From positions 480,001 to 544,000 of the forward strand of contig CAWCFX010000006.1 in the NCBI GenBank assembly GCA_963795085.1: DNA of 64,000 nucleotides. Direction: 5' to 3'. The notes under the pieces are model-generated. The model made no database searches and was not told where the DNA came from. It saw only the letters and a list, made by a program, of their open reading frames with translations. Both the position numbers and the translations under genes were made by a program. Shown here piece by piece: positions 8,940 to 18,529 of this stretch (position 1 is its first letter; each line of letters begins with the position of its first letter). The stretch is from an uncultured Gemmatimonadales bacterium. Its GTDB lineage: Bacteria; Gemmatimonadota; Gemmatimonadetes; Gemmatimonadales; GWC2-71-9.

Positions 8940-10751
8940 ATGCCCTTTCGCCGCGATGCGCCCCCTTCTCCCCCCGACCTGTACCAGCACCACGAGATCG
9001 AAACACCGGAGAATGTCATCCTCGACTACGAGGTGGCGGGTATCGGGTCCCGGGTGCTGGCCGCCTTCCTGGACATCCTGGTCCTGCTGGCCTGGATTCT
9101 CGGTGTCTCGGTCTTTCTGCAACTGGTTGACCTGACCGACTTCTTCGGCTCCTGGCTGGAGGCGATCTACCTGCTCGTCGCGATGCTGGCCTACTGGGGC
9201 TACTTCACCTTCTTCGAAGCCCTGCGCTTCGGACAGACCCCGGGAAAACGGCGGCTGGGCATCCGCGTGGTACGGGACACCGGGCACCCGATCACCTTCG
9301 GCGCGGCCGGCGCGCGGGGCCTGCTCCGGGGCATCGACCTGTTCCCTCCCCTGCTGCTGGTCGATGCCCTGCTCATCGCGCTGCACCCCCGGGCCAAGCG
9401 GCTGGGCGACCTGGTGGCCGGTACCATCGTCGTACGGGACCAGCCGGTGGAAGCCTCGATGCCGGTGATGCCGCTCCCGCCCGAAGAAGCAACCGGAGCC
9501 CCCGAGCTGGACGAGGACGAGTTCCGGGTGCTCCGCCAGTACGTCGAGCGGGCGTCAGGATTCACGCCTGAGCTCCGGGCCCGGTTTGCCGCCCGGCTGG
9601 CGGAGCGTTTTGCCTCCCGGTTTCCCGCCCGGGCGGTGGCGCCGGCCGCGTTCCTGACCCACCTGTACCAGCTGGAATTCGGCCGCCGGCGGAGCCGGTT
9701 CGCCACCGCGCGGCGAGGATCCGCCAGCACCGCCGACCGCATGGTGGCGAGAAAGGCGCCTCGCTGGGAGGAGTTTCGGCGGCTGGCCGACCGGGCGGCG
9801 CGGACCGGGCTCGACAGCCTGGGCGCCGGAGAGCTCCCCGACTTTGCGGCGCGCTATCGCGAGGTGGCCGCGGACCTGGCCCGGGCCCGGACCTACCGGG
9901 CCCCGCTTTCCATTCGTAATCAACTGGAGCGGCTGGTCGCGGCCGGACATAACGTGCTTTACCGCGATGAGCGGAAGACCGCGGCGCGGGTGTGGGAGAT
10001 TCTCATGCGGGAGTGCCCGGCCGCGGTGCTGCAGAGCTGGCGGTACGTCCTGCTCGCCGTGCTCACCTTCGGCGCGCCCATCGCGGCCGGGTACCTCGTG
10101 TTGCGGGAGCAGCCGGACCTGGCCCAGGTGGTCCTGCCGGATGGCATGCTGCGCCGGGCTGAAGCCGGCGTGGAGCGGCAGGAGGCGGGACTCGGCTACT
10201 ATGCGGCCGACCCGGAGCGGCAGGCGGCGGAGGCGTCGTTCATCATCAGCAACAACGTGCGGGTGGCGTTTCTCTGCTTCGCCGGCGGCGCGCTGGTGGG
10301 GGTGGGGTCGCTCCTGCTGCTCGCCTTCAACGGCCTCGCGATCGGCACCACCTTCGGCCACTTCGCCAACCTCGGCCTCTTCGGCTACATCGGGGCCTTC
10401 GTGACCGGCCATGGCACCCTGGAGCTGTTCGCCATCTGCGTCGCCGGCGCCGCGGGGTTCCTGCTGGGCAAGTCCATGATCGCGCCGGGCGACCTGGCGA
10501 GGGGCGACGCCCTGGTGCTGAACGGGCGCATCGCGGTACGGATGGTCGGGGCGGTCGTGATGATGCTCGCGGTGGCGGGAACCATCGAAGGCTTCGTTTC
10601 CACGGGAACCGGGGGAATGACCTACCGGCTGGCCCTGGGCGGCGCCAGCGTGCTCTTCCTGGTGCTCTATCTCCTCAACGGCGCCAGATACCTCCGCCAT
10701 TCCGCAGCCGAGCGATCTGCCGCCGGCCAGGCCAGAACCAGGCCGGCGTAG
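8940..10751 (+). CDS. RDD domain fused to stage II sporulation protein M (SpoIIM) domain
   Basis: N-terminal RDD (IETPENV, AGIGSRVLAAFLD, GQTPGKR, KRLGDLVAGT) and C-terminal SpoIIM (YREVAADLARA, IISNNVRVAF, HGTLEL, AGTIEGF). It is divergent from the MoxR operon. Confidence 0.88.
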   Translation: MPFRRDAPPSPPDLYQHHEIETPENVILDYEVAGIGSRVLAAFLDILVLLAWILGVSVFLQLVDLTDFFGSWLEAIYLLVAMLAYWGYFTFFEALRFGQTPGKRRLGIRVVRDTGHPITFGAAGARGLLRGIDLFPPLLLVDALLIALHPRAKRLGDLVAGTIVVRDQPVEASMPVMPLPPEEATGAPELDEDEFRVLRQYVERASGFTPELRARFAARLAERFASRFPARAVAPAAFLTHLYQLEFGRRRSRFATARRGSASTADRMVARKAPRWEEFRRLADRAARTGLDSLGAGELPDFAARYREVAADLARARTYRAPLSIRNQLERLVAAGHNVLYRDERKTAARVWEILMRECPAAVLQSWRYVLLAVLTFGAPIAAGYLVLREQPDLAQVVLPDGMLRRAEAGVERQEAGLGYYAADPERQAAEASFIISNNVRVAFLCFAGGALVGVGSLLLLAFNGLAIGTTFGHFANLGLFGYIGAFVTGHGTLELFAICVAGAAGFLLGKSMIAPGDLARGDALVLNGRIAVRMVGAVVMMLAVAGTIEGFVSTGTGGMTYRLALGGASVLFLVLYLLNGARYLRHSAAERSAAGQARTRPA

Positions 10752-10823
10752 ATGGGCTCCCGCGGCCGGACACCAGCCGGCTGGGCGACGGCTGCCGCAC
10801 CCGGATGCAGCGGCTCCGCACTC

Positions 10824-11006
10824 CTAGTTTTCCCGGAGGATCGAGCGCATCCGCACCGCTAACGCTTCGATCTCGCGCAGGCTCGCGACGGTCTCGGCGT
10901 CCAGTTGGGACTCGTTGAGAAGAAGCAGTTGGGTCTCCGCCAGGAGGGCGGAAAGTGGATTCGAGATGTCGTGCCGCAGCTTGTTGATCCGCTCGACTTC
11001 GGTCAT
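10824..11006 (-). CDS. Stand-alone HisKA (DHp) microprotein, 60 aa
   Basis: MTEVERINKLRHDISNPLSALL...: an H-box followed by a second helix and a stop, with no HATPase domain. Alternative start at 11045. Confidence 0.7.
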   Translation of the reverse strand: MTEVERINKLRHDISNPLSALLAETQLLLLNESQLDAETVASLREIEALAVRMRSILREN

Positions 11007-11074
11007 ACCCCCCCGGGTGAAAGGGACGGGAGTGAGGAGAGCCATTAGCCAGTGCCTACAAGTGAATCATTCTC

Positions 11075-11359
11075 CTATACCAGGGACCGGTACAGATCCC
11101 GCAGGTGATGTTCACGCAGGTCCCGCACCGACTGCCAGAGATCCTGTTGCGACTGGCCACAGAAGATTTCCGCGGTCTCCCGCTCGGTGCTGGCGCCGGG
11201 ATCCGAGAAATGCAGCCGCCCGCGCCAGACGCCGTCGTCGGCCTGCCGCACGCTCAACTTGAGAAGAAGATTGGAACCGTCGAAACGGAGGGGAGGCAGT
11301 TCGTGGATGACGGGCTCGCGGGGATCACTCGGCTGATGGCGGAGGGTCTGTGCTGTCAT
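11075..11359 (-). CDS. Hypothetical protein, 94 aa
   Basis: Genome-typical codon usage, GAGG RBS, globular composition (DGVWRGRLHF, ETAEIFCG) and a candidate promoter upstream. Confidence 0.7.
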   Translation of the reverse strand: MTAQTLRHQPSDPREPVIHELPPLRFDGSNLLLKLSVRQADDGVWRGRLHFSDPGASTERETAEIFCGQSQQDLWQSVRDLREHHLRDLYRSLV

Positions 11360-11421
11360 GCACGTCCTCTCAGAGTGGGCTCAAAGAAACCGCGGGGAAA
11401 GTTGTGCCAAACGCTGAACCT

Positions 11422-11449
11422 AAGATAACACATAGGGTTAGGAGCGCAA
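11422..11449 (-). promoter_or_regulatory. Candidate sigma-70 promoter for the 94-aa/HisKA pair
   Basis: Minus strand reads TTGCGC-16 bp-TATCTT with a TGn extended -10. Confidence 0.5.
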
Positions 11450-11537
11450 TACATCGGAAGCGGCTCGCCAGCAGTATCCCGTAGGTCTGGATGATTGCCC
11501 CCACGCCAAAGGCACCCTGCACGCTGGACTCTGCACT

Positions 11538-12707
11538 TCAAATCACAAACGGCACCGGCACAAAGGTCAGCACAAAGATGACGATGCAGGCCCATGCGAC
11601 TAAGTGTCGGCTCCTGGGCACCGGCCGGGCCGGCGCCATGACCGAGGGGTGGCTCACCCGCCCCCCGCCCAGCATCAGGGCGAGGACCACCCACACATAC
11701 CAGGTCCAATGGTACTGGGCCAGCACCACCAGCCCGGCCAGGGTCAGCAGGCCCATGAGCGACTGCTTCCGCCCCAGCAATCCGTAGAGCACGTGTCCGC
11801 CATCCAGCTGGCTCAAGGGGAGAAGATTGAGGCCGGTGATGAACATGCCGACCCAGCCGGCAAAGGCCGGCAGGCTGAGGTGCAGGGCTTCGGCCTGGGG
11901 AAAGAAGAAATCGCGGAAGGCCTGGGTCAGGAGGGAATCGCCCAGGGCGATCGTCTGCCCTGCATACATCACATAGGTCGCGCTGGTCTCCAGGCCGTAG
12001 GGCACCTGTTCCGAGGTGAGGTAGCCCCAGACCATGACGCCGAGTGCCACCACGAACCCCGCGATCGGGCCGGCGGCGCCGACGTCCAGCAGTTGGCGCC
12101 GGTCCAGCACCGGGGAGCGGAGCCGGATAAAGGCGCCCAGGCTGCCGATGGGCGACACGGTCGGGGGGATCGGCAGGAAATAGGGCGGGGAGGTGTCGAT
12201 CACGTAGCGGCGGGCGGCGAAGTAATGTCCCAGCTCGTGGACCAGCAGGATGGCCAGCAGCGGCAGCGCGAACGACCAGCCGGACAGCACGTCGCGCCAG
12301 TCGCCGGACCACATGTCGAGGAAGAACTGGGCCCCGGCCTGGATCATCCCGGCGATGGCGAACACGATCCGGCCCAGCAGGTTCTGGGAGACCGGGGAGG
12401 GGGCCTGGGGCGGGATCCACGCCCCGGCGAGCATGGCGCCGGCCCCCAGGGTGCACAGGATGGTGATCGAGATCAGGACCAGGTGCAGGAACCAGGGTTC
12501 CCGGCGGCCTTTGGCCGTCTCCCGGATGAGGATGAGGTGGCCATGGTCCACCGAGGGCCAGTAGTGGGCGCCTTTCCAGCCCTTGAGCGCCTCGGCCAAC
12601 TGGGCGGAGGGGCCCCGGTGCTCCGGGGCCACGATGGCGTCCACGATTTCCCGGGTTCCCGCCTGTACCACCCGCCAGGCGGCAAAGGTGGGAGTCAGCT
12701 GTTGCAT
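11538..12707 (-). CDS. Site-2 protease (peptidase M50)
   Basis: HELGH zinc motif, AAGPIAGF, NLLPLSQLDGGH and multiple TMs. Confidence 0.93.
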   Translation of the reverse strand: MQQLTPTFAAWRVVQAGTREIVDAIVAPEHRGPSAQLAEALKGWKGAHYWPSVDHGHLILIRETAKGRREPWFLHLVLISITILCTLGAGAMLAGAWIPPQAPSPVSQNLLGRIVFAIAGMIQAGAQFFLDMWSGDWRDVLSGWSFALPLLAILLVHELGHYFAARRYVIDTSPPYFLPIPPTVSPIGSLGAFIRLRSPVLDRRQLLDVGAAGPIAGFVVALGVMVWGYLTSEQVPYGLETSATYVMYAGQTIALGDSLLTQAFRDFFFPQAEALHLSLPAFAGWVGMFITGLNLLPLSQLDGGHVLYGLLGRKQSLMGLLTLAGLVVLAQYHWTWYVWVVLALMLGGGRVSHPSVMAPARPVPRSRHLVAWACIVIFVLTFVPVPFVI

Positions 12708-12716
12708 GCATGCCCC

Positions 12717-12745
12717 TTGACGCCGCGCAGGCCGGTTTCTATCAT
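12717..12745 (+). promoter_or_regulatory. Sigma-70 promoter of rho
   Basis: TTGACG (12717-12722), a 17-bp spacer and TATCAT (12740-12745). Confidence 0.75.
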
Positions 12746-12911
12746 AAGGCGCTTCCTCAACCCTGGTATCTCCCCGGACACATCGATCCGCCCCGTCCCA
12801 GAGTTCCGGGAATTTTACCCATAGTCGAGTCTAATCCGAGCACCTTCCCCTCCCGAATATCAGGCCGCGTCCAGCGGCTGGATCTTCTCTCCTGCATGGA
12901 GCCGTGGTCCC

Positions 12912-14159
12912 GTGGATATCGCTGAACTGAAACAGAAATCCGTCGCCGAGTTGCACGCGCTCGCCGAGCAACTCAACATCACCAACTACTCCGGCCTTCG
13001 CAAGCAGGACCTGATCTTCCGCATCGAGCAGTCGCTGCTCGACCAGGACACGGTCATCCGCGGGGAGGGAGTGCTGGAGATCCTGCCCGAGGGGTATGGG
13101 TTCCTGCGCAGCCAGGACTGGAACTACCTCTACGGGCCTGACGATATCTACGTGAGCCCGAGCCAGATCAAGCGGTTCGACTTGCGAACCGGCGACACGG
13201 TGAACGGGCAGGTGCGGCCGCCCAAGGAGGGCGAGCGGTACCTGGCGCTGCTCAAGGTCGAGAGCGTCAACTTCGAGGAGCCGGAAAAAACCAAGCACCG
13301 GATTGCGTTCGACAACCTGCGGCCGCGCTATCCGGACGCGCGGATCCGGCTGGAGCGGAAGACCGGCGATCTCTCCATGCGGGTGGTGGACCTGCTCTCG
13401 CCGATCGGCAAGGGCCAGCGCGGCCTGATCGTCGCCCCGCCCAAGGCCGGCAAGACCATCCTGATGCAAAAGCTGGCCAATGCGATCAGCGAGAACCACC
13501 CCGAGATCACCCTCATCGTCCTGCTCATCGACGAGCGGCCCGAAGAAGTCACCGACATGCAGGAAAACGTCAAGGCGGAGGTCATTTCCTCCACCTTCGA
13601 CGAGCCGGCCGACCGCCATGTCCAGGTGGCCGATATGGTCATCGAGAAGTCCAAGCGGCTGGTGGAGCACGGCAAGGACGTGGTCATCCTGCTGGACTCC
13701 ATCACCCGGCTGGCCCGGGCCCATAACGTGGTGGTGCCGCACTCGGGCAAGATCCTCTCCGGCGGCGTGGACGCCAACGCGCTCCAGAAACCGAAGCGCT
13801 TCTTCGGGGCGGCCCGGAACATCGATGGCGGCGGCAGCCTCACCATCATCGCGACCGCCCTGGTGGACACCGGCAGCCGGATGGACGAGGTGATCTTCGA
13901 AGAGTTCAAGGGGACCGGCAACATGGAACTGGTCCTCGACCGGCGCCTGGCCGACCGCCGGATCTACCCCGCCATCGACATCCAGCGCACCAGCACCCGG
14001 AAGGAAGAGCTCCTCATGGACAAGGACGAGCTCAACCGGGTGTACCTGCTCCGGAATTTCCTCGCCGACATGCCCCCGGTCGAAGCCATCGAGTTCCTGC
14101 TGGAACGGATGAAGCGGACCAAGAACAACAAGGAGTTCTTCGCGACGATGGCGCAGTAA
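12912..14159 (+). CDS. rho: Transcription termination factor Rho
   Basis: [56 protein letters not shown] and [12 protein letters not shown]. Confidence 0.99.
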   Translation: MDIAELKQKSVAELHALAEQLNITNYSGLRKQDLIFRIEQSLLDQDTVIRGEGVLEILPEGYGFLRSQDWNYLYGPDDIYVSPSQIKRFDLRTGDTVNGQVRPPKEGERYLALLKVESVNFEEPEKTKHRIAFDNLRPRYPDARIRLERKTGDLSMRVVDLLSPIGKGQRGLIVAPPKAGKTILMQKLANAISENHPEITLIVLLIDERPEEVTDMQENVKAEVISSTFDEPADRHVQVADMVIEKSKRLVEHGKDVVILLDSITRLARAHNVVVPHSGKILSGGVDANALQKPKRFFGAARNIDGGGSLTIIATALVDTGSRMDEVIFEEFKGTGNMELVLDRRLADRRIYPAIDIQRTSTRKEELLMDKDELNRVYLLRNFLADMPPVEAIEFLLERMKRTKNNKEFFATMAQ

Positions 14160-14160
14160 C

Positions 14161-14316
14161 GGCACGTGCAGCGTGGAGCGTACCGCGGACGGCGGATGGC
14201 GGACGGCGCGGTGACCTTTCGGGGGCACGCTGCACCCTGCACGCTTTCACGCTGTACGCTGTACGTTGCACGCTGCACGCGGCACGCTGTACGCGGCACG
14301 CTGCACCCTGCACTTC
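14161..14316. repeat. Degenerate heptamer tandem repeat (GCACGCT-type) with inverted units
   Basis: About 13 GCACGCT-like units at 14225-14314, preceded by reverse-complement units (CGTGCAGCGTGGAGCGTAC) and a GCGGAYG x3 block. Confidence 0.85.
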
Positions 14317-14320
14317 CATC

Positions 14321-14761
14321 ATGACCCTTCCCGTCCAGGGCCGTCTCCTCGCCCTCGACTGGGGCCAGCTCCGCATCGGCATCGCGCTGAGCGACGAAAC
14401 CCAGTTGCTCGCCTCTCCGCTCACCACCCTGGTCCGCCGGGCGGGCAAGCGTTTCCCCATGCCGCCCTTTCTCGAGCTGGTCGGCGCCCATGAGCCGGTC
14501 GGCCTGCTGGTCGGGCTGCCTCTCTCCCTTGAGGGCGGCGAGACCGACCACTCCCGGGAAGCGCGCGACCTGGCCGCCCACGTCGGAGAGCGGACCGGCC
14601 TGCCGGTGGAAATGTGGGACGAACGGCTGAGCACCGTGAAGGCCCTCAACAGCATCCGGGAGCAGGAGGGGTCGGTGCGGGGCCGGCGCGAGGAGGTGGA
14701 CGCCCTCGCCGCCTCGGTGGTGCTGCAGCATTTCCTCGACGCCCGGCGGATGCACCGGTGA
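14321..14761 (+). CDS. ruvX: YqgF/RuvX pre-16S rRNA nuclease
   Basis: LALDWGQLRIGIALSD, VGLPL, WDERLST and VDALAASVVLQHFL. Confidence 0.95.
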   Translation: MTLPVQGRLLALDWGQLRIGIALSDETQLLASPLTTLVRRAGKRFPMPPFLELVGAHEPVGLLVGLPLSLEGGETDHSREARDLAAHVGERTGLPVEMWDERLSTVKALNSIREQEGSVRGRREEVDALAASVVLQHFLDARRMHR

Positions 14762-15762
14762 AGCCCCGCGGCTGCCTGCTGACGCTGCTGGCCGCGCTGC
14801 TTCTGGCCGGCGGACTGTATCTCCTCACCTTTGCGCCGGCCCAACCGGGCGGAACCCCCGCCCGGGTCGTCATCGCCCCCGGCACCACGTTCGGCGAGGT
14901 TACCGATACGCTGGTCGCCCGGGGCGTGGTCACGCATGCCACCTGGTTCAAACTGCTGGCCCGGGTCCGCGGCCTCGACCGGTCGGTGCAGGCCGGCGCC
15001 TACGAGTTCCAGCCCGGAGAATCCGCCTGGCGGGTGCTCAACACCCTGCGTTCCGGCCGCACCGCCTCCACCCGGTTCACGGTGCCGGAGGGACTCACCC
15101 TCCGGGAGATTGCCGCGCTCGCCAGCGCCAAGCTGGGATTGCCGGCCGAGTCGGTCCTCGCCGCCGCCCGGGATCCCATGGAGATCGCGAGCTTCGGCCT
15201 CACCGCCCAGAGCCTGGAGGGGTTCCTCTATCCGGAGACCTACCAGATCCCGGTGGGGAGCGGCGCCCGGGATCTGGTACGGATCATGGCGCGGGGATTC
15301 CTCGACGCATGGAAACCGGAATGGGATGGCCGCCTGGAAGAGATGGGCTTCACCCGGCTCCAGGCGGTCACCCTGGCCTCCATCGTGGAAGGAGAGGCGC
15401 GGGTGGACGAGGAACGGGAGACGATCGCCGGGGTGTATCACAACCGGCTCCGTATCGGCATGGCGCTCCAGGCCGATCCCACCGTGAACTACGCTATCGA
15501 GCAGCGCACCGGGCAGGCCAAGAACCGGCTCTTCGAACGCGATTACCAGACACCGTCGCCCTATAACACCTACCTGCACCCGGGGCTGCCACCCGGCCCG
15601 GTCAACAGCCCCGGGTTCCGGAGCCTCGAGGCCACCCTCTACCCGGCCGATGTGCCCTACCTCTATTTCGTGGCGGGAAGCGGAGGCCGGCACACCTTCA
15701 CCCGGACTTACGAGGAGCACCTCCGCGCGGTGGCCCAGCGCCGGCGGGAGCAGGGCCGCTAG
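14758..15762 (+). CDS. mltG: Endolytic transglycosylase MltG
   Basis: GTG start overlapping the ruvX stop, an N-terminal TM, TVPEG, LEGFLYPETY, LASIVEGE, LQADPT and SPYNTYLHPGLPPGP. Confidence 0.95.
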   Translation: MKPRGCLLTLLAALLLAGGLYLLTFAPAQPGGTPARVVIAPGTTFGEVTDTLVARGVVTHATWFKLLARVRGLDRSVQAGAYEFQPGESAWRVLNTLRSGRTASTRFTVPEGLTLREIAALASAKLGLPAESVLAAARDPMEIASFGLTAQSLEGFLYPETYQIPVGSGARDLVRIMARGFLDAWKPEWDGRLEEMGFTRLQAVTLASIVEGEARVDEERETIAGVYHNRLRIGMALQADPTVNYAIEQRTGQAKNRLFERDYQTPSPYNTYLHPGLPPGPVNSPGFRSLEATLYPADVPYLYFVAGSGGRHTFTRTYEEHLRAVAQRRREQGR

Positions 15763-16376
15763 CCAGCGCCGCCGCGTACTCCCGCGCGGCCGCCTCCGGA
15801 TCGGAGGCGCCGAGGATGCCGGACACCACCGCGATTCCGCTCGCGCCGGTCTCGAGAACCTCCCCCACATCCGCGGGCCGAACGCCGCCGATCGCAATCA
15901 CCGGGACCCGGGCCAGCGCCGCGATCCGCCGGAGTCCGGGGCCGCCCAGGGCCTCACCCGCGTCGGCCTTGGTGACGGTGCCGCGAAAGGGCCCGATGCC
16001 CCAGTAGTCCGCCATGCCGCTGGCGGCCGCCTCGGCCTCGCCGCCGACGCTGGCCCCGACGATAAACCCCGGCGGCGCCAGCTTCCTCGCCAGCTCCACC
16101 GACACGTCTCCGGGCCCGAGGTGCACCCCTGCCCCCTCGCCCGCCAGGGCGACATCCAGCCGGTCGTTCACCAGGATCGGGACATCCACCTCACCCTGCA
16201 GCCGGCGCAACAGGGCCACCAGTTCCCGGGGCGTTGCCCGCTTCAATCGCAGCTGGATGGCAGTCACTCCCCCCCCCCACCGCCGCCCGGCAGAGCGGCA
16301 CCAGGTCCCTCCCGGCGAGCAACCGGTCGTCGGTGACGAGCACGAGTCGAAGGGTGGAGGCTAGATTGGGAAGCAT
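15698..16376 (-). pseudogene. thiE: Thiamine-phosphate synthase, frameshifted in a G10 homopolymer (true frameshift or sequencing error)
   Basis: The N-terminus MLPNLASTLRLVLVTDD...AAVGGG lies in one frame and VTAIQLR...LVNDRLDVA...GVHLG...TVTK...AIGG...VVSGI in another. The junction is the C10 run at 16269-16278. Confidence 0.8.
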
Positions 16377-16442
16377 CGTGGAATAATAGCGGCAGCGATC
16401 ATCCATCTATTCATCGGCCATTTTCGCCGATACCGTCATCCC

Positions 16443-17603
16443 ATGCCACTCGCCACCATCCGAGTCTCCAATCGCGGCGCCGCGCGCTGGGTCCGGGGCC
16501 ATCCCTGGATCTACAAGAGCGACGTGGTCGGCGCGACCCCCGATGCCGGCCTGGTCCTGGTCGAGGATCCCACCGGCAGGTTCGTCGGCCAGGCGCTCTG
16601 CTCCCCCCGTTCCGAGATCCGGCTGCGGCTGCTGGAACCCACCGGCCGGACAGTGGACCGCGGCTGGTGGCGGGAGCGGCTGGCCCAGGCCGCCGCCCGC
16701 CGGGCGGGCATCACCGACTCCGGCTACCGCCTGGTCCACGGCGAAGCCGACGGACTCCCTTCGCTCATCGTGGACCGCTACGACCGCTGGCTGGTGGCGC
16801 AGCTGCTCTCCGCGGGGCTGGAGACCCGGCGCGAGGATATCGTGGCGGCCCTGGCCGAGGAGTTCCAGCCCGATGGTATTCTGCTCCGGAACGATGCGCC
16901 GGTGCGCCGGCATGAGGGCCTGCCGGAGGAAGTCGGGCTGGCCCACGGCAGCGTGCCGCAGGCGATCGAGATCACCGAAGGCTCCATCCGCTACCTGGCC
17001 GCACCGTGGACCGGCCAGAAGACCGGGGCGTTCCTGGACCAGCGCCCCAACCGGATCCTGGCCGAGGAGTTCACCCGTCCCGGCGGCGAGGCGCTCGACT
17101 GTTTTGCCTATCACGGGTCCTTTGCGCTGCACCTGGCCCGGCGGGCCGGCCAGGTCCTCGCCCTGGACGCGAGCGCCGACGCGGTGGCGCGGGGTGCCGA
17201 GAACGCGGCATTGAACGGCATCGGCAACATCGAATGGAAGACGGGAAATGCGTTCGAGGTGCTGCGGGACCTTGAACACCGCCGCCGCCATTTCGACACC
17301 GTGGTGCTGGACCCGCCCGCCTTTGCGAAGGCCCGTTCCGCCCTCTCCGGCGCCTTGCGCGGCTACCGGGAGATCAACCTGCGGGGGCTCCGGATCCTCA
17401 AGCCGGGAGGTATCCTGCTCACCGCCTCCTGCTCCTTTCACGTCTCCCGGCCGCAGTTCCTCCAGGTGCTGTCAGAAGCGGCGGCCGACAGCGGCCGCCG
17501 GGTCACCCTGCTCCAGGTCCTGGGCCAGGGCATCGACCATCCGGAGGTGCTGACGATTCCGGAGACCGGCTACCTCAAGGGCGCCGTCCTCCGGGTGGAT
17601 TAA
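16443..17603 (+). CDS. rlmI: RlmI-like 23S rRNA m5C methyltransferase (PUA + SAM domain)
   Basis: GHPWIY, RLVHGEADGLP, GQKTGAFLDQR, FAYHGSF, VLDPPAF and ETGYLKG. Confidence 0.88.
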   Translation: MPLATIRVSNRGAARWVRGHPWIYKSDVVGATPDAGLVLVEDPTGRFVGQALCSPRSEIRLRLLEPTGRTVDRGWWRERLAQAAARRAGITDSGYRLVHGEADGLPSLIVDRYDRWLVAQLLSAGLETRREDIVAALAEEFQPDGILLRNDAPVRRHEGLPEEVGLAHGSVPQAIEITEGSIRYLAAPWTGQKTGAFLDQRPNRILAEEFTRPGGEALDCFAYHGSFALHLARRAGQVLALDASADAVARGAENAALNGIGNIEWKTGNAFEVLRDLEHRRRHFDTVVLDPPAFAKARSALSGALRGYREINLRGLRILKPGGILLTASCSFHVSRPQFLQVLSEAAADSGRRVTLLQVLGQGIDHPEVLTIPETGYLKGAVLRVD

Positions 17604-17650
17604 ACCTGTGCATTGACGGACGGCGGGCTTCCTACGAGTTTTTACTCGGA

Positions 17651-18529
17651 GTGAGCCCATCCCCCTCGGCTGTTTCCGATCGCAATGACGCGATACGCCG
17701 CGTCCTTATAGGTCTTCTTGTCGCCAATGTGGCCGTGGTCATCATCAAGTTCATCGTCGGCTGGCGGACCGGATCGCTGGCGGTGGTGGGCGACGCTATC
17801 CATTCCTCGGTGGACGCCTTGAACAACGTCCTCGGGCTCGCGGTCATGCGGGTGGCCGCCAAGGGCCCCGACGCCGAACACCCCTACGGGCACGCCAAGT
17901 TCGAATCCCTGGGCGCGCTGCTGATCGTCGTCTTTCTCTCCGTCACCATTTTCGAGTTGATGAAAGGCGCCGTGACCCGGCTGGCGGGCTCGCCGGAGCC
18001 GCTGGTGGTGGACACCGTCCAGGGCGTTCTCCTCGGGATCACCCTCGTAATCAACATCTGGGTCACCTGGTACGAGACCCGGGCCGGCCGCCGGCTCAAA
18101 AGCGAGATCCTGCTGGCCGATGCCGCGCACACTCGGGCCGATGTCTTCATCACCATCGCAGTGATCGCGGGCCTGTATCTCTCCCGGCTGGGACACGCCT
18201 GGGCCGATTCCGTGCTCGCCATCATCGTTTCCATGCTGATCGCCCGGGTCGGCTACCAGATCCTCAAGCGCAGCATGCCCACCCTGGTGGACGAACGGGC
18301 CCTGGAGGACACCGAGATCCAGCGGGTCGCCGAACACGTCCCCGGCGTGAAAAGCGCCTATGCCATCCGTTCCCGCACTGCCGCCGCGATCAGGTTCGCC
18401 GAACTGACCATCGCGGTGGACGGCCAGGAGAACGTCACCGCCGCCCACCGGATCGCGGACGCCGTAGAAGACCAGCTGCGGCAGACGCTGGACGTCCACG
18501 AAGTCGTGGTCCACGTCGAGCCATGCTGA
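17651..18529 (+). CDS. Cation diffusion facilitator family transporter
   Basis: DAIHSSVD, PDAEHPYGHAKFE, ADAAHTRAD and C-terminal VHVEP. Confidence 0.93.
   Translation: MSPSPSAVSDRNDAIRRVLIGLLVANVAVVIIKFIVGWRTGSLAVVGDAIHSSVDALNNVLGLAVMRVAAKGPDAEHPYGHAKFESLGALLIVVFLSVTIFELMKGAVTRLAGSPEPLVVDTVQGVLLGITLVINIWVTWYETRAGRRLKSEILLADAAHTRADVFITIAVIAGLYLSRLGHAWADSVLAIIVSMLIARVGYQILKRSMPTLVDERALEDTEIQRVAEHVPGVKSAYAIRSRTAAAIRFAELTIAVDGQENVTAAHRIADAVEDQLRQTLDVHEVVVHVEPC

Noticed and set aside
17613..17641. Sigma-70 promoter for the CDF gene (TTGACG)
   Set aside because: There is no convincing -10 hexamer at 16-18 bp spacing.
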